Below are positions 43,034 through 52,898 of a stretch of 64,000 bases of DNA, piece after piece. The notes under the pieces are model-generated. The model was not told the origin of the DNA and made no database searches. It saw only the letters and a program-made list of their open reading frames with translations. A program made the translations under genes and the position numbers. Within the stretch, counting starts at the first letter, position 1; each line of letters begins with the position of its first letter. Source of the stretch: an uncultured Acidimicrobiales bacterium (GTDB lineage Bacteria > Actinomycetota > Acidimicrobiia > Acidimicrobiales > DATKAS01); the NCBI GenBank assembly GCA_963759645.1, contig CAVXAI010000019.1:6717-70716 (forward strand), read 5' to 3'.

Positions 43034-43042
43034 AAGGGCGAA

Positions 43043-44362
43043 TTAGCTGGGCGGCAGGGCCAAGTCGCCGACGTCCTCGAAGTCGGTCGTCAGCGGAACG
43101 ACCTTGCCGTTCTCGAGGGTGCTGTACACGACGCTGCGATTGAACAGGCGCTGGTAGCCCTCGAGGCCGTCGGACCACTCCTCGGTGAAGTTGAGCACCG
43201 GCACCATGCCGTTCAGATCGAGCTCGGACGTGGCCGACGCCGCCTCGTAGAACGACTCGGCCGTGATGTCACCGTCGATCGTCTCGGCGATCTGGGTGAA
43301 CGCGACGAACGCGGCCCAGGTGCCCATTCCGCCGAGCGAGTTGTAGTCGAGCGCAGTGGTGTCGAGACCGGCTTCGTCGAGCGCGACCCGATACTCCGAC
43401 CACGGATCGGTCGAGATGTCCGGGTACATGCCGACGATGATGTCGCCGTCGGTGGCTTCTTCGTTGCCGGCCGCGGAAACCTCGTTGAGGTTGCCCTGCG
43501 GACCGTACTGACGAGCCTCCGTGCCGGACTGGGTCCAGGCGGTGTTCCAGGTGATGTACGGCGTCTCGGAGATGATCCCGATCACACAGTCAGCATCCGT
43601 GGTCGCCTGGGCCACCTCGGCGGAGTAGTCCTGGGCGGTCGGCGGCAGGATGATGACGTCACCGAAGGACGTGCCGAGGTTCGCCATGGCGTTCTCCATC
43701 GGGGGGATGAAGATCTGGGCGCCGTCGATGATGACCGCGTTGATGCTCGTGCATCCGTCGTCGACGGCCTTCTTGACCGCTCCGACGGCGTACATCGGTT
43801 GGTTCCCGATGTTGAACGAGTAGGGACTCGTCAGCTCGGACGGCGTGATCGGGCAGCACGCACCGAACCAGGTGATGCTGGATTCGGCGATGACGGGCAC
43901 GATCGACTCGGCGAAGAACGTGAACGAGCCGACGATGGACACCATGTCCTCGTCGACCGCCTGCCGAGCGCACGTCGTCGCGACGGCCGGGTCGAACTGC
44001 TCGTCGCAGACGGTGACCTCGAGCGGCCGGCCGGCGATGCCGCCGCGGGCGTTGATGTAGTCGGCGTACGCCTCGGCGGTGTTGGCGATGTTCTCATAGG
44101 TCGGGCCCGCGGCGTTGAGCGTGGTCACGGTCATGACCTTGATCGGCTCGCCGCTCGGTGCCTCGCCCGAGGCCGCGGTGGTTCCCGCGGAGTCTGCCGC
44201 AGTGGTTGCCGCAGAGTCGGCTGCAGTGGTCGCTGCAGATGAGTCTGTGTCGTCGTCGTCGCCACACGCAGCGACCAGAAGGCCGGCGACAGCGATCAGC
44301 GCCAGCGAGCGTCGCCACGAACGCCGACTCGGAATCGAACGCGGGTCACCCCTAGTAGGCAT
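43043..44362 (-). CDS. Liv-type ABC transporter substrate-binding lipoprotein
   Basis: Lipobox VAAC-GDDDD; INARGGIAGRPLE..CD; Thr/Ala linker. Confidence 0.9.
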   Translation of the reverse strand: MPTRGDPRSIPSRRSWRRSLALIAVAGLLVAACGDDDDTDSSAATTAADSAATTAADSAGTTAASGEAPSGEPIKVMTVTTLNAAGPTYENIANTAEAYADYINARGGIAGRPLEVTVCDEQFDPAVATTCARQAVDEDMVSIVGSFTFFAESIVPVIAESSITWFGACCPITPSELTSPYSFNIGNQPMYAVGAVKKAVDDGCTSINAVIIDGAQIFIPPMENAMANLGTSFGDVIILPPTAQDYSAEVAQATTDADCVIGIISETPYITWNTAWTQSGTEARQYGPQGNLNEVSAAGNEEATDGDIIVGMYPDISTDPWSEYRVALDEAGLDTTALDYNSLGGMGTWAAFVAFTQIAETIDGDITAESFYEAASATSELDLNGMVPVLNFTEEWSDGLEGYQRLFNRSVVYSTLENGKVVPLTTDFEDVGDLALPPS

Positions 44363-44458
44363 CTTGTTCCCCCCCAGTTGCTGACAATGTGACGGGCGCC
44401 GGACGCGCACCGACCACGGACAATAGAGCACAATACATGGGACGTTAGAGGGGGCCGG

Positions 44459-47215
44459 GTGAACGAGGTCATCCGATTCGCGTTGTTGGGGCTGGGTGTT
44501 GGCGCGTTGTACGCCTTCGCGTCCCAAGGCCTGATCGTGATCTACCGCGGCACCGGGGTGTTGAACTTCTCGCTCGGCGCGACCGCGATTGCGGGCGTCT
44601 TCATGCAGTGGGAGCTGCACAGCTCGGCCGGTTGGCCCTTCTTGCTGGCGTCGATCGCCGGCGTCGCGTGGGCTGCCTTCCTGGGAGCACTCACCTACTG
44701 GGTGGTGATGCGACCGTTGCGGCGTGCGAGCTCTCTGGTCCGGGTGATCGCCACGCTCGGTGTGCTGATCACGATCCAGGCGGCCCTCGTGATCCGGTAC
44801 GGCTCCAACTCTCGCCAGATCGAGAGCTGGCTCCCGACCGACCGGTTGACGCTGTGGGGAGATGTCGGCATCACGGCCGATCGACTCATCCTGCTCGCCA
44901 TCGGTTGCGTATCGGCGTTCGGCCTGTGGCTCCTCTATCGGTCGAGCCAGTTCGGCCTCGCCACTGAGGCGGTTTCCGAGAGTGAACGGTCGGCAGCAGC
45001 GATCGGGTTGTCGCCCAACCGGATCGCGCTGATGAACTGGGCGCTGGGCTCCGCGATCGCCACCGTCGCCGGGGTCCTCGTGGTCCCCATCATCACGCTG
45101 CAGGTGACGGTCATGACGACCCTCATCCTGGCCGCGCTCGCGGCTGCGTTGGTCGGCGACTTCCGATCGTTCCCCATCGCCACGGCCGCCGGGTTCGCGA
45201 TCGGCATCGGCCAGGCCCTGGTGGGACGGTTCGGCAACCAGGAGGGTCTCGGACCGTCCCTGCCGTTCCTGGTGATCATCGTGGTCCTGGTGTTCCGGGG
45301 CCGATCACTGCCGCTGCGCGACTACTACCTGCAGAAGCTGCCGATCGTCGGCAACGGTCGCATCAAGTGGGCGTGGACCCTCTTCGCATGCGGCGCAGTC
45401 GTCTTCATCATGGTCACCAAGGAAACGAAGTGGATCGACGCGATCACCGTTTCCATGGGGGTGGCCATCGTCTTGCTGTCGATCGTCGTGCTGACCGGGT
45501 ACGCCGGCCAGCTCTCGCTCGCGCAGTACTCGATCGCCGGCTTTGGCGCGTACGTCGCCGGCCGTTCCGTCGCCGTGTTCGACATCCCGTTCCTCCTCGG
45601 GTTGGCGCTCGGTGTCGCCGCGGCGGTTCCGCTCGGGCTGATCTTCGGCCTCCCCGCGGTGCGAACCAGGGGCATCAACCTGGCGATCGTCACGCTCGGC
45701 CTGGGCACCACCATCGAGCTGATGCTGTTCAAGAACCGCAACTACACGGGCGGCGTCCAGGGCACACAGGTCGGCAATCCCGACCTGTTCGGGTACGACA
45801 TCGGCTCGATCAACTTCCCCGAGCGCTACGGGATCTTCGTCTTGGTCATGCTGATGCTCACCGTCGTCGTGGTCGCCAACGTACGGCGGGGCCGCAGCGG
45901 TCGGCGGCTGATCGCCGTGCGCACCAACGAGCGGGCGGCCGCGGCGCTGGGGATCAACGTGATGGTGGCGAAGCTCTTCGCGTTCTCGTTCGCCTCTGCG
46001 ATCGCCGCGCTGGGCGGCATCGTGCTCGCGTTCCGGCTCAGCTCCATCAGCTACTCGTCCTTCAGCAACGTCACCTCGATCACGTACGTCGGGTTGGCAC
46101 TCCTCGGCGGTGTCGGCCAGCTGCTCGGCGCACTCGTCGGTTCCACATTGGCAACGGCGGGCGTCAACCAGGAGATGCTCGAAACGCACTGGGAGGGGGT
46201 CGGTCGGTGGATTCAGCTGATCAGCGGGATCGGGATCCTGCTCACGCTGGTCATCTACAAGGACGGCGTCGCCGCCGAGTGGCTCAGGATGTCTCGCGCC
46301 ATCAAGAAGATGAGGAAGTGGAGCCGGCCCTACACCATCGAGCTCGCCGATGTCGCCGATCTCGGGGCCCAGGTCGATCGTCACGCCCGGGTTCCGGCGC
46401 GCACACTGATGGTCGAGGGCATGACGGTGCGTTACGGCGCGGTGGTCGCCGTGAACAACGTGAGCTTCCGAGTCGAGCCCGGCAATGTCATGGGTCTCAT
46501 CGGACCGAACGGTGCCGGCAAGACCTCCCTGATCGATGCGATCAGCGGGTTCACCGCTGCGGAGGGCCGCGTACTCCTCGACGACCTCGATCTGTCGAAG
46601 CAGTCAGCGGTGAAACGAGCCCGGGCCGGCTTGGCCCGGTCGTTCCAGTCGCTCGAGCTGTTCGAGGACTCGACCGTGTTCGAGAACCTCAGCGTGGCGG
46701 CCGACCCGCAGGATCTGCGCTCGTACCTGACCGATCTGGTCTGGCCGATCAATCCGCCGCTCCCGCCCGAGGTGGTGCGGGCGGTCACCGAGTTCGATCT
46801 CGACCAGGATCTGCATCGCGACGTGCAGGACCTGTCCTACGGGAAGCGGCGGCTCCTCGCCATCGCCCGCGCCGTCGCGATGCATCCCAGCGTGCTGCTG
46901 CTCGACGAGCCTGCCGCGGGCCTCAGCTCGAACGAGAGCAGCGAACTGGCCCGCGTGGTCCGGCGCCTGGCCGACGACTGGGGCATGGCCATCGTCGTCG
47001 TGGAGCACGACATGAACTTCGTGATGCGTGTCTGCGATGAGCTGACCGTGCTCGACTTCGGGTCGCTGATCGCGTCGGGTCCGCCCGACGCGGTCCGCTC
47101 CGATCCAGTGGTAGTCGCGGCATATCTCGGCGACGACAGCGACAACGCTCCTGACGCCGATCGCTCACTAGCCGAGTCGCCGGCGGCGGCATCGGTCGCG
47201 GGTGGTGCGTCATGA
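44459..47215 (+). CDS. Fused Liv-type ABC permease-permease-ATPase (LivH-LivM-LivG-like)
   Basis: Two permease domains, GPNGAGKT, LSYG, LLLDEP, EHD. Confidence 0.93.
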   Translation: MNEVIRFALLGLGVGALYAFASQGLIVIYRGTGVLNFSLGATAIAGVFMQWELHSSAGWPFLLASIAGVAWAAFLGALTYWVVMRPLRRASSLVRVIATLGVLITIQAALVIRYGSNSRQIESWLPTDRLTLWGDVGITADRLILLAIGCVSAFGLWLLYRSSQFGLATEAVSESERSAAAIGLSPNRIALMNWALGSAIATVAGVLVVPIITLQVTVMTTLILAALAAALVGDFRSFPIATAAGFAIGIGQALVGRFGNQEGLGPSLPFLVIIVVLVFRGRSLPLRDYYLQKLPIVGNGRIKWAWTLFACGAVVFIMVTKETKWIDAITVSMGVAIVLLSIVVLTGYAGQLSLAQYSIAGFGAYVAGRSVAVFDIPFLLGLALGVAAAVPLGLIFGLPAVRTRGINLAIVTLGLGTTIELMLFKNRNYTGGVQGTQVGNPDLFGYDIGSINFPERYGIFVLVMLMLTVVVVANVRRGRSGRRLIAVRTNERAAAALGINVMVAKLFAFSFASAIAALGGIVLAFRLSSISYSSFSNVTSITYVGLALLGGVGQLLGALVGSTLATAGVNQEMLETHWEGVGRWIQLISGIGILLTLVIYKDGVAAEWLRMSRAIKKMRKWSRPYTIELADVADLGAQVDRHARVPARTLMVEGMTVRYGAVVAVNNVSFRVEPGNVMGLIGPNGAGKTSLIDAISGFTAAEGRVLLDDLDLSKQSAVKRARAGLARSFQSLELFEDSTVFENLSVAADPQDLRSYLTDLVWPINPPLPPEVVRAVTEFDLDQDLHRDVQDLSYGKRRLLAIARAVAMHPSVLLLDEPAAGLSSNESSELARVVRRLADDWGMAIVVVEHDMNFVMRVCDELTVLDFGSLIASGPPDAVRSDPVVVAAYLGDDSDNAPDADRSLAESPAAASVAGGAS

Positions 47216-48102
47216 CGGCCGCGCTGCTGGAGACGCGCAACCTCAAGGCCGGGTACCTGAGCAGAGAGGTGGTTCGGGCGGTCAATCTCAAGGTGCAGCG
47301 CGGCGAAGTCGTGTGCCTGCTCGGCCCGAACGGCGCGGGCAAGTCCACCACGTTGCTGACGATCGCCGGCGAGCTGGCGCCAGTCGACGGGATCGTCATG
47401 TTCAACAACGTCCCGACCTTCACGGCCATGGATCGGCGGGTCCGCGACGGTGGCATCGGCCTGATCACCGAGCAACGCCTGGTGTTCACGAAGATGTCGG
47501 CACGCGACAACCTGCGCCTCGGCGGCGGCTCGGTCGAGGCCGCGCTCGCGCTGTTCCCCGAGCTCGAACCCCGATTGTCGGTGAGGGGCGGGCTGCTCTC
47601 GGGCGGCGAGCAGCAGATGTTGGCCCTCGCCCGCGCTCTGAGTCGGAATCCGTCGCTGCTGCTTGCCGACGAGCTGTCGCTCGGGCTCGCGCCCAAGATC
47701 GTCGACCGGCTTCTCGGCGCGGTCCGAACCGCGGCGGACGAACGCGGCACAGGGGCGCTGATCGTCGAACAGCACGCCCACAAGGCGTTGAGGTACGCCG
47801 ATCGGATGTATCTGATGGCGCGCGGGCAGATCCTGCTCGAGCTCTCCGCCGCCGAGGCGCTCCAGCGCCTCGACGAGATCGAAGACGCCTACCTGAGCGG
47901 CACCTCCGAGACCGAGGAGGACCACATCGAGCGGCTGCGGCGGAAGAACAAGAAGAAGCAGTGGAAGCGCCAGCGGGTTCGAGAGCGCGAGCTCGAACGG
48001 CTGAGCGGGCAGGTCGTTTCCACGAGGAAGGCAGAGGATGACGACTACTACCTCGACACAGACCAGCGTCTGCGTTCCTGGGCCAAGCGCGTGAGGAGGT
48101 AG
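47212..48102 (+). CDS. Liv-type ABC ATPase (LivF-like) with charged C-terminal extension
   Basis: GPNGAGKST, LSGGEQQM, DELSLGLAP. Confidence 0.92.
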   Translation: MTAALLETRNLKAGYLSREVVRAVNLKVQRGEVVCLLGPNGAGKSTTLLTIAGELAPVDGIVMFNNVPTFTAMDRRVRDGGIGLITEQRLVFTKMSARDNLRLGGGSVEAALALFPELEPRLSVRGGLLSGGEQQMLALARALSRNPSLLLADELSLGLAPKIVDRLLGAVRTAADERGTGALIVEQHAHKALRYADRMYLMARGQILLELSAAEALQRLDEIEDAYLSGTSETEEDHIERLRRKNKKKQWKRQRVRERELERLSGQVVSTRKAEDDDYYLDTDQRLRSWAKRVRR

Positions 48103-48107
48103 CGGAC

Positions 48108-49901
48108 GTGGGTTACAGAACCTCAGAACTCCCGCCTGTCGAGCTCGACGAGTTCGCCAAGATCCCGTTCCTCCAGCGGATGAAGCTGCTCCAGCTCCAC
48201 TGGGTGGAGTCGGGATTCGGAACCCCGAAGCAGACGATCAACTTCTACGTCTGGAAGATCTTCTTCTACGCGCTCTTCGGGTTGATCTTCTGCGGAGCGT
48301 TCACGAAGGGCCTCGAGTTCGACAACATCGCGGGATGGTGGGACCAACCGATCCTGTACCAGAAGCTGATGATCTGGACGATCCTGCTGGAGATCCTCGG
48401 GCTCGCCGCGACGTGCGGCCCGTTGGCGTTCCACTTCGACCCGCCGATCGGTGGCGTCCTGTACTGGTGGCAGAACGACACCCTTCGCGTCCCGCCCTAT
48501 CCCAATCACGTGCCGTTCACCAAGGGGAATCGGCGCACGCCGTGGGACACCGGGCTCTACAAGCTCATCGTGTTCTGGCTCGTCATGATGATGTTCCTGT
48601 CCGGCGTGCAGGTCGATGGTCTGCCGGAGGGCTCGATCGGCGTCATGCCGCAATGGGCGCTGGTGACCTACTGCGGCCTGATCCTGTTGATGGGCTTCCG
48701 AGACAAGATCGTGTTCCTGTCGGCGCGCTCGGAGCAGTACGTCCCGACCATGCTCTACTTCGGGCTGTTCACCAACTTCGTCGACATGATCGTCGCCGCC
48801 AAGATCTGCATGGTCGTGATCTGGATGGGAGCCGGCTTCTCGAAGCTGCAGCACGGCTTCTCGTCCACGGTGGCGATCATGGTCCAGAACACCCCGTGGA
48901 TGGTGTCCCAGCGTTTCCGCAAGGCGACCGTCAAGGACTACCCGAACGACATCCGACCATCGAAGGTCACGCACGCGTTGGCACACATCGGTGGTACCAC
49001 GTGTGAGTTGGTGATGCCGTTGGTGCTGCTGTTCTCACCGTGGCCGTGGTTGACCTGGATCGCCATCATCTCGATGTGGATGCTCCACACCTTCATCATC
49101 TCCACGATCCCGTTGGCGGTCCCGTTGGAGTGGAACGTGTTCTTCATGTTCGCCGTCGCGTTCCTGTTCGCCAACTTCTCGCCCAGTGAGGGGTACGGGG
49201 TCGCGGACATGGATCCAGTCCTGCTCGCGATCGTCGTGTGTGTCGCTCTCGCGCCGATCGTCCTCGGCGCTCTTCGACCGCAGTACGTGTCGTTCCTGGT
49301 TGGGATGAAGCAATACGCCGGCAACTGGGCCTCGGCCACGTTCTCGTTCCGCAACAAGTCGATGGAGGACCGGATCAACGAGCGGATCGTGAAAGCCGCC
49401 GACAACCAGATCGATCAGCTCAACCCTCTGTTCGGCAACGAGATCTCGGAGATCTTCATTCAGAAGGCGGTGGCGTTCCGCATGATGCACCCGATGGGCC
49501 GGATGCACATCTCGGCCCTGATGCGTCACACGGAGAGCCTCGACAACAGGATTCAACGCGAGGGCGAGTTCGTCAGCAACGTTCTCACCGGCTGGAACTT
49601 CGGCGATGGCCACTGTCTCGACGAACGCCTCATCGCCGCGCTCCAGGAGCGATGCCAGTACGAGCCGGGCGACGTGATCGTCGCGTTCACCGAGTCGCAG
49701 CCGGCCTTCAGCAAGAAGGTGCAGTACCGGGTCATCGACGCCGCCCTGGGCACCGTCGAAAAGGGCTGGTACCACAACGACGACGCCTACAACGAGCAGC
49801 CGTGGCTGCCCAACGGCCCGATCCCGCACACCGTCACCTGGACCCTCCCCGGATACGAAGCGCCGGGGGTTCCTCATCCGGGTAGCGGCGGTCGAGTGTG
49901 A
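48108..49901 (+). CDS. DUF3556 family transmembrane protein
   Basis: HWVESGFGTP, GPLAFHF, PLAVPLEWN, YAGNWAS, GWNFGDGH. Confidence 0.85.
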   Translation: MGYRTSELPPVELDEFAKIPFLQRMKLLQLHWVESGFGTPKQTINFYVWKIFFYALFGLIFCGAFTKGLEFDNIAGWWDQPILYQKLMIWTILLEILGLAATCGPLAFHFDPPIGGVLYWWQNDTLRVPPYPNHVPFTKGNRRTPWDTGLYKLIVFWLVMMMFLSGVQVDGLPEGSIGVMPQWALVTYCGLILLMGFRDKIVFLSARSEQYVPTMLYFGLFTNFVDMIVAAKICMVVIWMGAGFSKLQHGFSSTVAIMVQNTPWMVSQRFRKATVKDYPNDIRPSKVTHALAHIGGTTCELVMPLVLLFSPWPWLTWIAIISMWMLHTFIISTIPLAVPLEWNVFFMFAVAFLFANFSPSEGYGVADMDPVLLAIVVCVALAPIVLGALRPQYVSFLVGMKQYAGNWASATFSFRNKSMEDRINERIVKAADNQIDQLNPLFGNEISEIFIQKAVAFRMMHPMGRMHISALMRHTESLDNRIQREGEFVSNVLTGWNFGDGHCLDERLIAALQERCQYEPGDVIVAFTESQPAFSKKVQYRVIDAALGTVEKGWYHNDDAYNEQPWLPNGPIPHTVTWTLPGYEAPGVPHPGSGGRV

Positions 49902-49929
49902 CAACAGGCGCGACCGCCCGCTTGACATC

Positions 49930-51378
49930 GTGACCACGGCGATCGTCGTCGGCAGCGGGCCGAACGGGCTCGCAGCCGCGGCCCGGCTGGCCCGTGCTGG
50001 TCTCGACGTCACCGTGCTCGAGGCAAGCGATGTGATCGGCGGTGGAACGCGCAGCTCGGAGATGATCGTCCCTGGCTTGGTGCACGATCACTGCTCCGCG
50101 TTCCATCCCCTCGCTGCCGCGTCACCGTTCTTCGCCGGACTGGACCTGGCCGACGCAGGGCTCACGTGGGCGCAGCCGACGGTGGACTGTGCCCATCCGC
50201 TCGACGACGGTTCGGCGGGCGTGATGTGTCGATCGATCGAACGGACCGCGGAACACCTCGGGAGCGACGGTCACCGTTGGCGCCGACTGTTCGAGCCGAT
50301 GGCGTTGCGCTTCGACGACTTGTTTGCCGATGCCTCGCAGCCCATCCTGCGCGTGCCACGCCATCCGTTGACGTTGGCGCGCTTCGGCACCCGTGCGATG
50401 CTGCCGGCGACCGCCTTGGGTCGCGTGTGGCGGACAGAGCAGGCCAAGGCGCTCTGGGCCGGCGTAGCGGCGCACGCGTTCTCTCCACTCGACCGGCCCA
50501 TGACCAGCGCCGTCGGGCTGATGCTGATCGTGGCGGGGCATGCCCGAGGCTGGGTGGTGGCGGAAGGCGGTTCGCAGGCGATCGCCCAGGCGTTGGCGAC
50601 TGACGTCGAACGTCACGGCGGCAAGATCGAGACCGGGGTACACGTGACCTCGGCCCACGACCTGCCGCCCAGTGACGTGCTGATGCTCGACGTGTCGCCG
50701 TCGATCGCGGCCGACATTCTTGGCGATCGGCTTCCAGATCGCGTTTCCCGCTCGTACCGGCGGTTCCGTCACGGCCCTGGCGCGTTCAAGGTCGACTTCG
50801 CGATCGAGGGCGATGTGCCATGGACGGCGACGGAGGCCGGCCGCGCCGGCACGGTCCATCTCGGCGGCAGTCTCGATGAAATCGTCGCCAACGAGAAGAC
50901 AGTCCATCAGGGCGCGATGCCCGAGCGACCGTTCGTTCTCGTCGGCCAGCAGTATCTCGCCGACCCGAGCAGGTCGGTCGGCAACATCCACCCGCTGTGG
51001 ACGTACGCGCACGTGCCCCACGCCTACGCCGGCGACGCAACCGAAGCGATCGTCGCTCAGATCGAACGATTCGCTCCGGGCTTCCGCGATCGGATCATCG
51101 GCATGGTCGTCCGCTCCACGACGGAGATGTCGGTCTACAACCCCAACTACGTCGGCGGCGACGTCATCGGGGGAGCGGCCTCGCTGACACAGCTCTTGTT
51201 CCGACCTCGATTCGCGGTCGACCCGTATTTCACCGGCATCCCGGGTACCTACCTGTGCTCTGCGTCCACACCGCCTGGAGCCGGTGCGCACGGGATGTGC
51301 GGCGCGAATGCCGCCGCTCGAGCGCTGGCACAATTGGGCTCCGACGTCACAACGCCAGGAAGGAGACGAACACGATGA
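49930..51378 (+). CDS. Phytoene dehydrogenase-like FAD-dependent oxidoreductase (COG1233)
   Basis: GSGPNGL, HDHCSAFHP, NPNYVGGD, CSASTPPGAGAHGMCG. Confidence 0.92.
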   Translation: MTTAIVVGSGPNGLAAAARLARAGLDVTVLEASDVIGGGTRSSEMIVPGLVHDHCSAFHPLAAASPFFAGLDLADAGLTWAQPTVDCAHPLDDGSAGVMCRSIERTAEHLGSDGHRWRRLFEPMALRFDDLFADASQPILRVPRHPLTLARFGTRAMLPATALGRVWRTEQAKALWAGVAAHAFSPLDRPMTSAVGLMLIVAGHARGWVVAEGGSQAIAQALATDVERHGGKIETGVHVTSAHDLPPSDVLMLDVSPSIAADILGDRLPDRVSRSYRRFRHGPGAFKVDFAIEGDVPWTATEAGRAGTVHLGGSLDEIVANEKTVHQGAMPERPFVLVGQQYLADPSRSVGNIHPLWTYAHVPHAYAGDATEAIVAQIERFAPGFRDRIIGMVVRSTTEMSVYNPNYVGGDVIGGAASLTQLLFRPRFAVDPYFTGIPGTYLCSASTPPGAGAHGMCGANAAARALAQLGSDVTTPGRRRTR

Positions 51379-51494
51379 ACGAACAGCCTCAACCCGTTGG
51401 CCGAGACAAGGTGAATCATGACGGTCTCGCGGCGCTCGCCGTCGTGCTCCTGGCCGCGGTGCTCATCGCCGTCGTCATCAACGCCATCGTCTAG
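51375..51494 (+). CDS. Small single-pass membrane protein (39 aa)
   Basis: AGGAGA RBS, ATGA overlap; MNEQPQPVGRDKVNHDGLAALAVVLLAAVLIAVVINAIV. Confidence 0.65.
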   Translation: MNEQPQPVGRDKVNHDGLAALAVVLLAAVLIAVVINAIV

Positions 51495-51603
51495 TGCAGA
51501 TAGCCACCCAAAGCTGAGGTCGATGTTCGTCGGCGAACGCGGAGATGCGGTCGCCCGCATGGAGCGACCGCATCCCCGGAGCCACCTCGTGGGTGAGGCG
51601 ATG

Positions 51604-52304
51604 TCAGTTGAAGGTGCCGAACGAGGCGACGAGCTGGTCGCGGGGTAGGGCGGCGATGGCGTCTGCGTGTCCCGAGACGTTGACCGACTGCAGCTCGGGG
51701 CTGTGGGCGTTGCGCTCTGGACGGACTGCCGGGTCGGGGCGCTGAGCGATGCGGGCGAGAGGCCGGTCAACCCCTCGGCCCTCGCCATCGCGGCGATCGC
51801 CTCGAGATCGACGTTGCTTGCTTGCAGTTCCGAGACGTTGACCGACTGCAGCTCGGGGCTGTGCGCGTTGACGCTCTGGACGGACTGCCGGGTCGGGGCG
51901 CTGAGCGATGCGGGCGAGAGGCCGGTCAACCCCTCGGCCCTCGCCATCGCGGCGATCGCCTTGAGATCGACGTTGCTTGCTTGCAGTTCCGGGACGTTGA
52001 CGGCTTGCAGCTCGGGGCTGTGCGCGTTGACGCTCTGGACTGACGGCTGGGCCCGGAAGACATTCCCGAAGACCGCCGCCCGCTGCTCGACGTCGAGTGC
52101 GACGACGCCGTCGACGTACGCCTGGGCGGCGGCGCTCGGCGCGGACGCAACCCCGGACTTGGAGTTGCTCGCATCGGACTCCGTCGCAACCCGGGTGACT
52201 GACCAGGTGGTGACACCGGTCAGGATCGCGACTCCGACCACAAGGCCGGTGAGGCGGCTAGGCCTGATCTGGATGGTGCTTGGATGAATGACTGAAGTGC
52301 TCAC
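51604..52304 (-). CDS. Exported protein with 53-aa tandem repeats (frameshift near 51712)
   Basis: AAGGAG RBS; N-terminal TM; restoring one base in the third repeat gives ...GHADAIAALPRDQLVASFGTFN-stop. Confidence 0.7.
51672..52044. repeat. 159-nt tandem repeat, about 2.3 copies
   Basis: CGGACTGCCGGGTCGGGGCGCTGAGCGATG recurs at 51722 and 51881; copies near-identical. Confidence 0.9.
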
Positions 52305-52549
52305 TGAAGGCTCCTTTTGTCTTGCGTTCCTGTGAGAGTGCGCCGACTTGGAGCCCGGGTCTGTCGGCGAGCCGACACCCGCTAGGTGTTACCGGCGACG
52401 GAACGAGTGAGCGAGCTGGGCGCCGACGTCGGCCAGCGCCAGGCGGGTCCTTCGGCGACGGCGAGCGCATCGTCCAACTGAGTCCTCGCCAGTCCGATGG
52501 CCTTCGGATCGCGATCACCCTCGCAACTGTGCTCTCGCGAGGCGGACGC

Positions 52550-52801
52550 CTAGAACGAGAGGATCCCCGGCGCTGACTCGCCGCTCGCGTTCTGCCGCAA
52601 TACTGGCAGCCGATCGCGCACAGACGGTCGGAACCACACGGCGATCATGAGCCTGCGAATCCGATGCCGACGCCTGTCGGGCATCACGTGAAGAAGGTGA
52701 AGACGCTCGGCGAGCATCTCGTTGTGGCGCTGACTCGGGTGTTCGCCCAGCATCGCCCACAAGTCGACGGGCGATCTGGTTGGTTCTTGACGTCCGGACA
52801 T
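52550..52801 (-). CDS. Hypothetical protein
   Basis: GGAGG RBS upstream of ATG, downstream of Crp gene; no recognisable motif. Confidence 0.35.
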   Translation of the reverse strand: MSGRQEPTRSPVDLWAMLGEHPSQRHNEMLAERLHLLHVMPDRRRHRIRRLMIAVWFRPSVRDRLPVLRQNASGESAPGILSF

Positions 52802-52898
52802 AGTCGAGCCCTCCCAGGTTGGTGGGGCTCAAGGGTGCGCCGACTTGGAGCGCGGGTCTGTCGGCAAGCCGACAGATTGGCGGTTCGCGCGCGAACGG

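Noticed and set aside
49930..51378. Carotenoid biosynthesis (crtI) linked to the CarH-like regulator
   Set aside because: Generic COG1233 motifs, no crtB/crtE nearby, and 30 kb from the regulator
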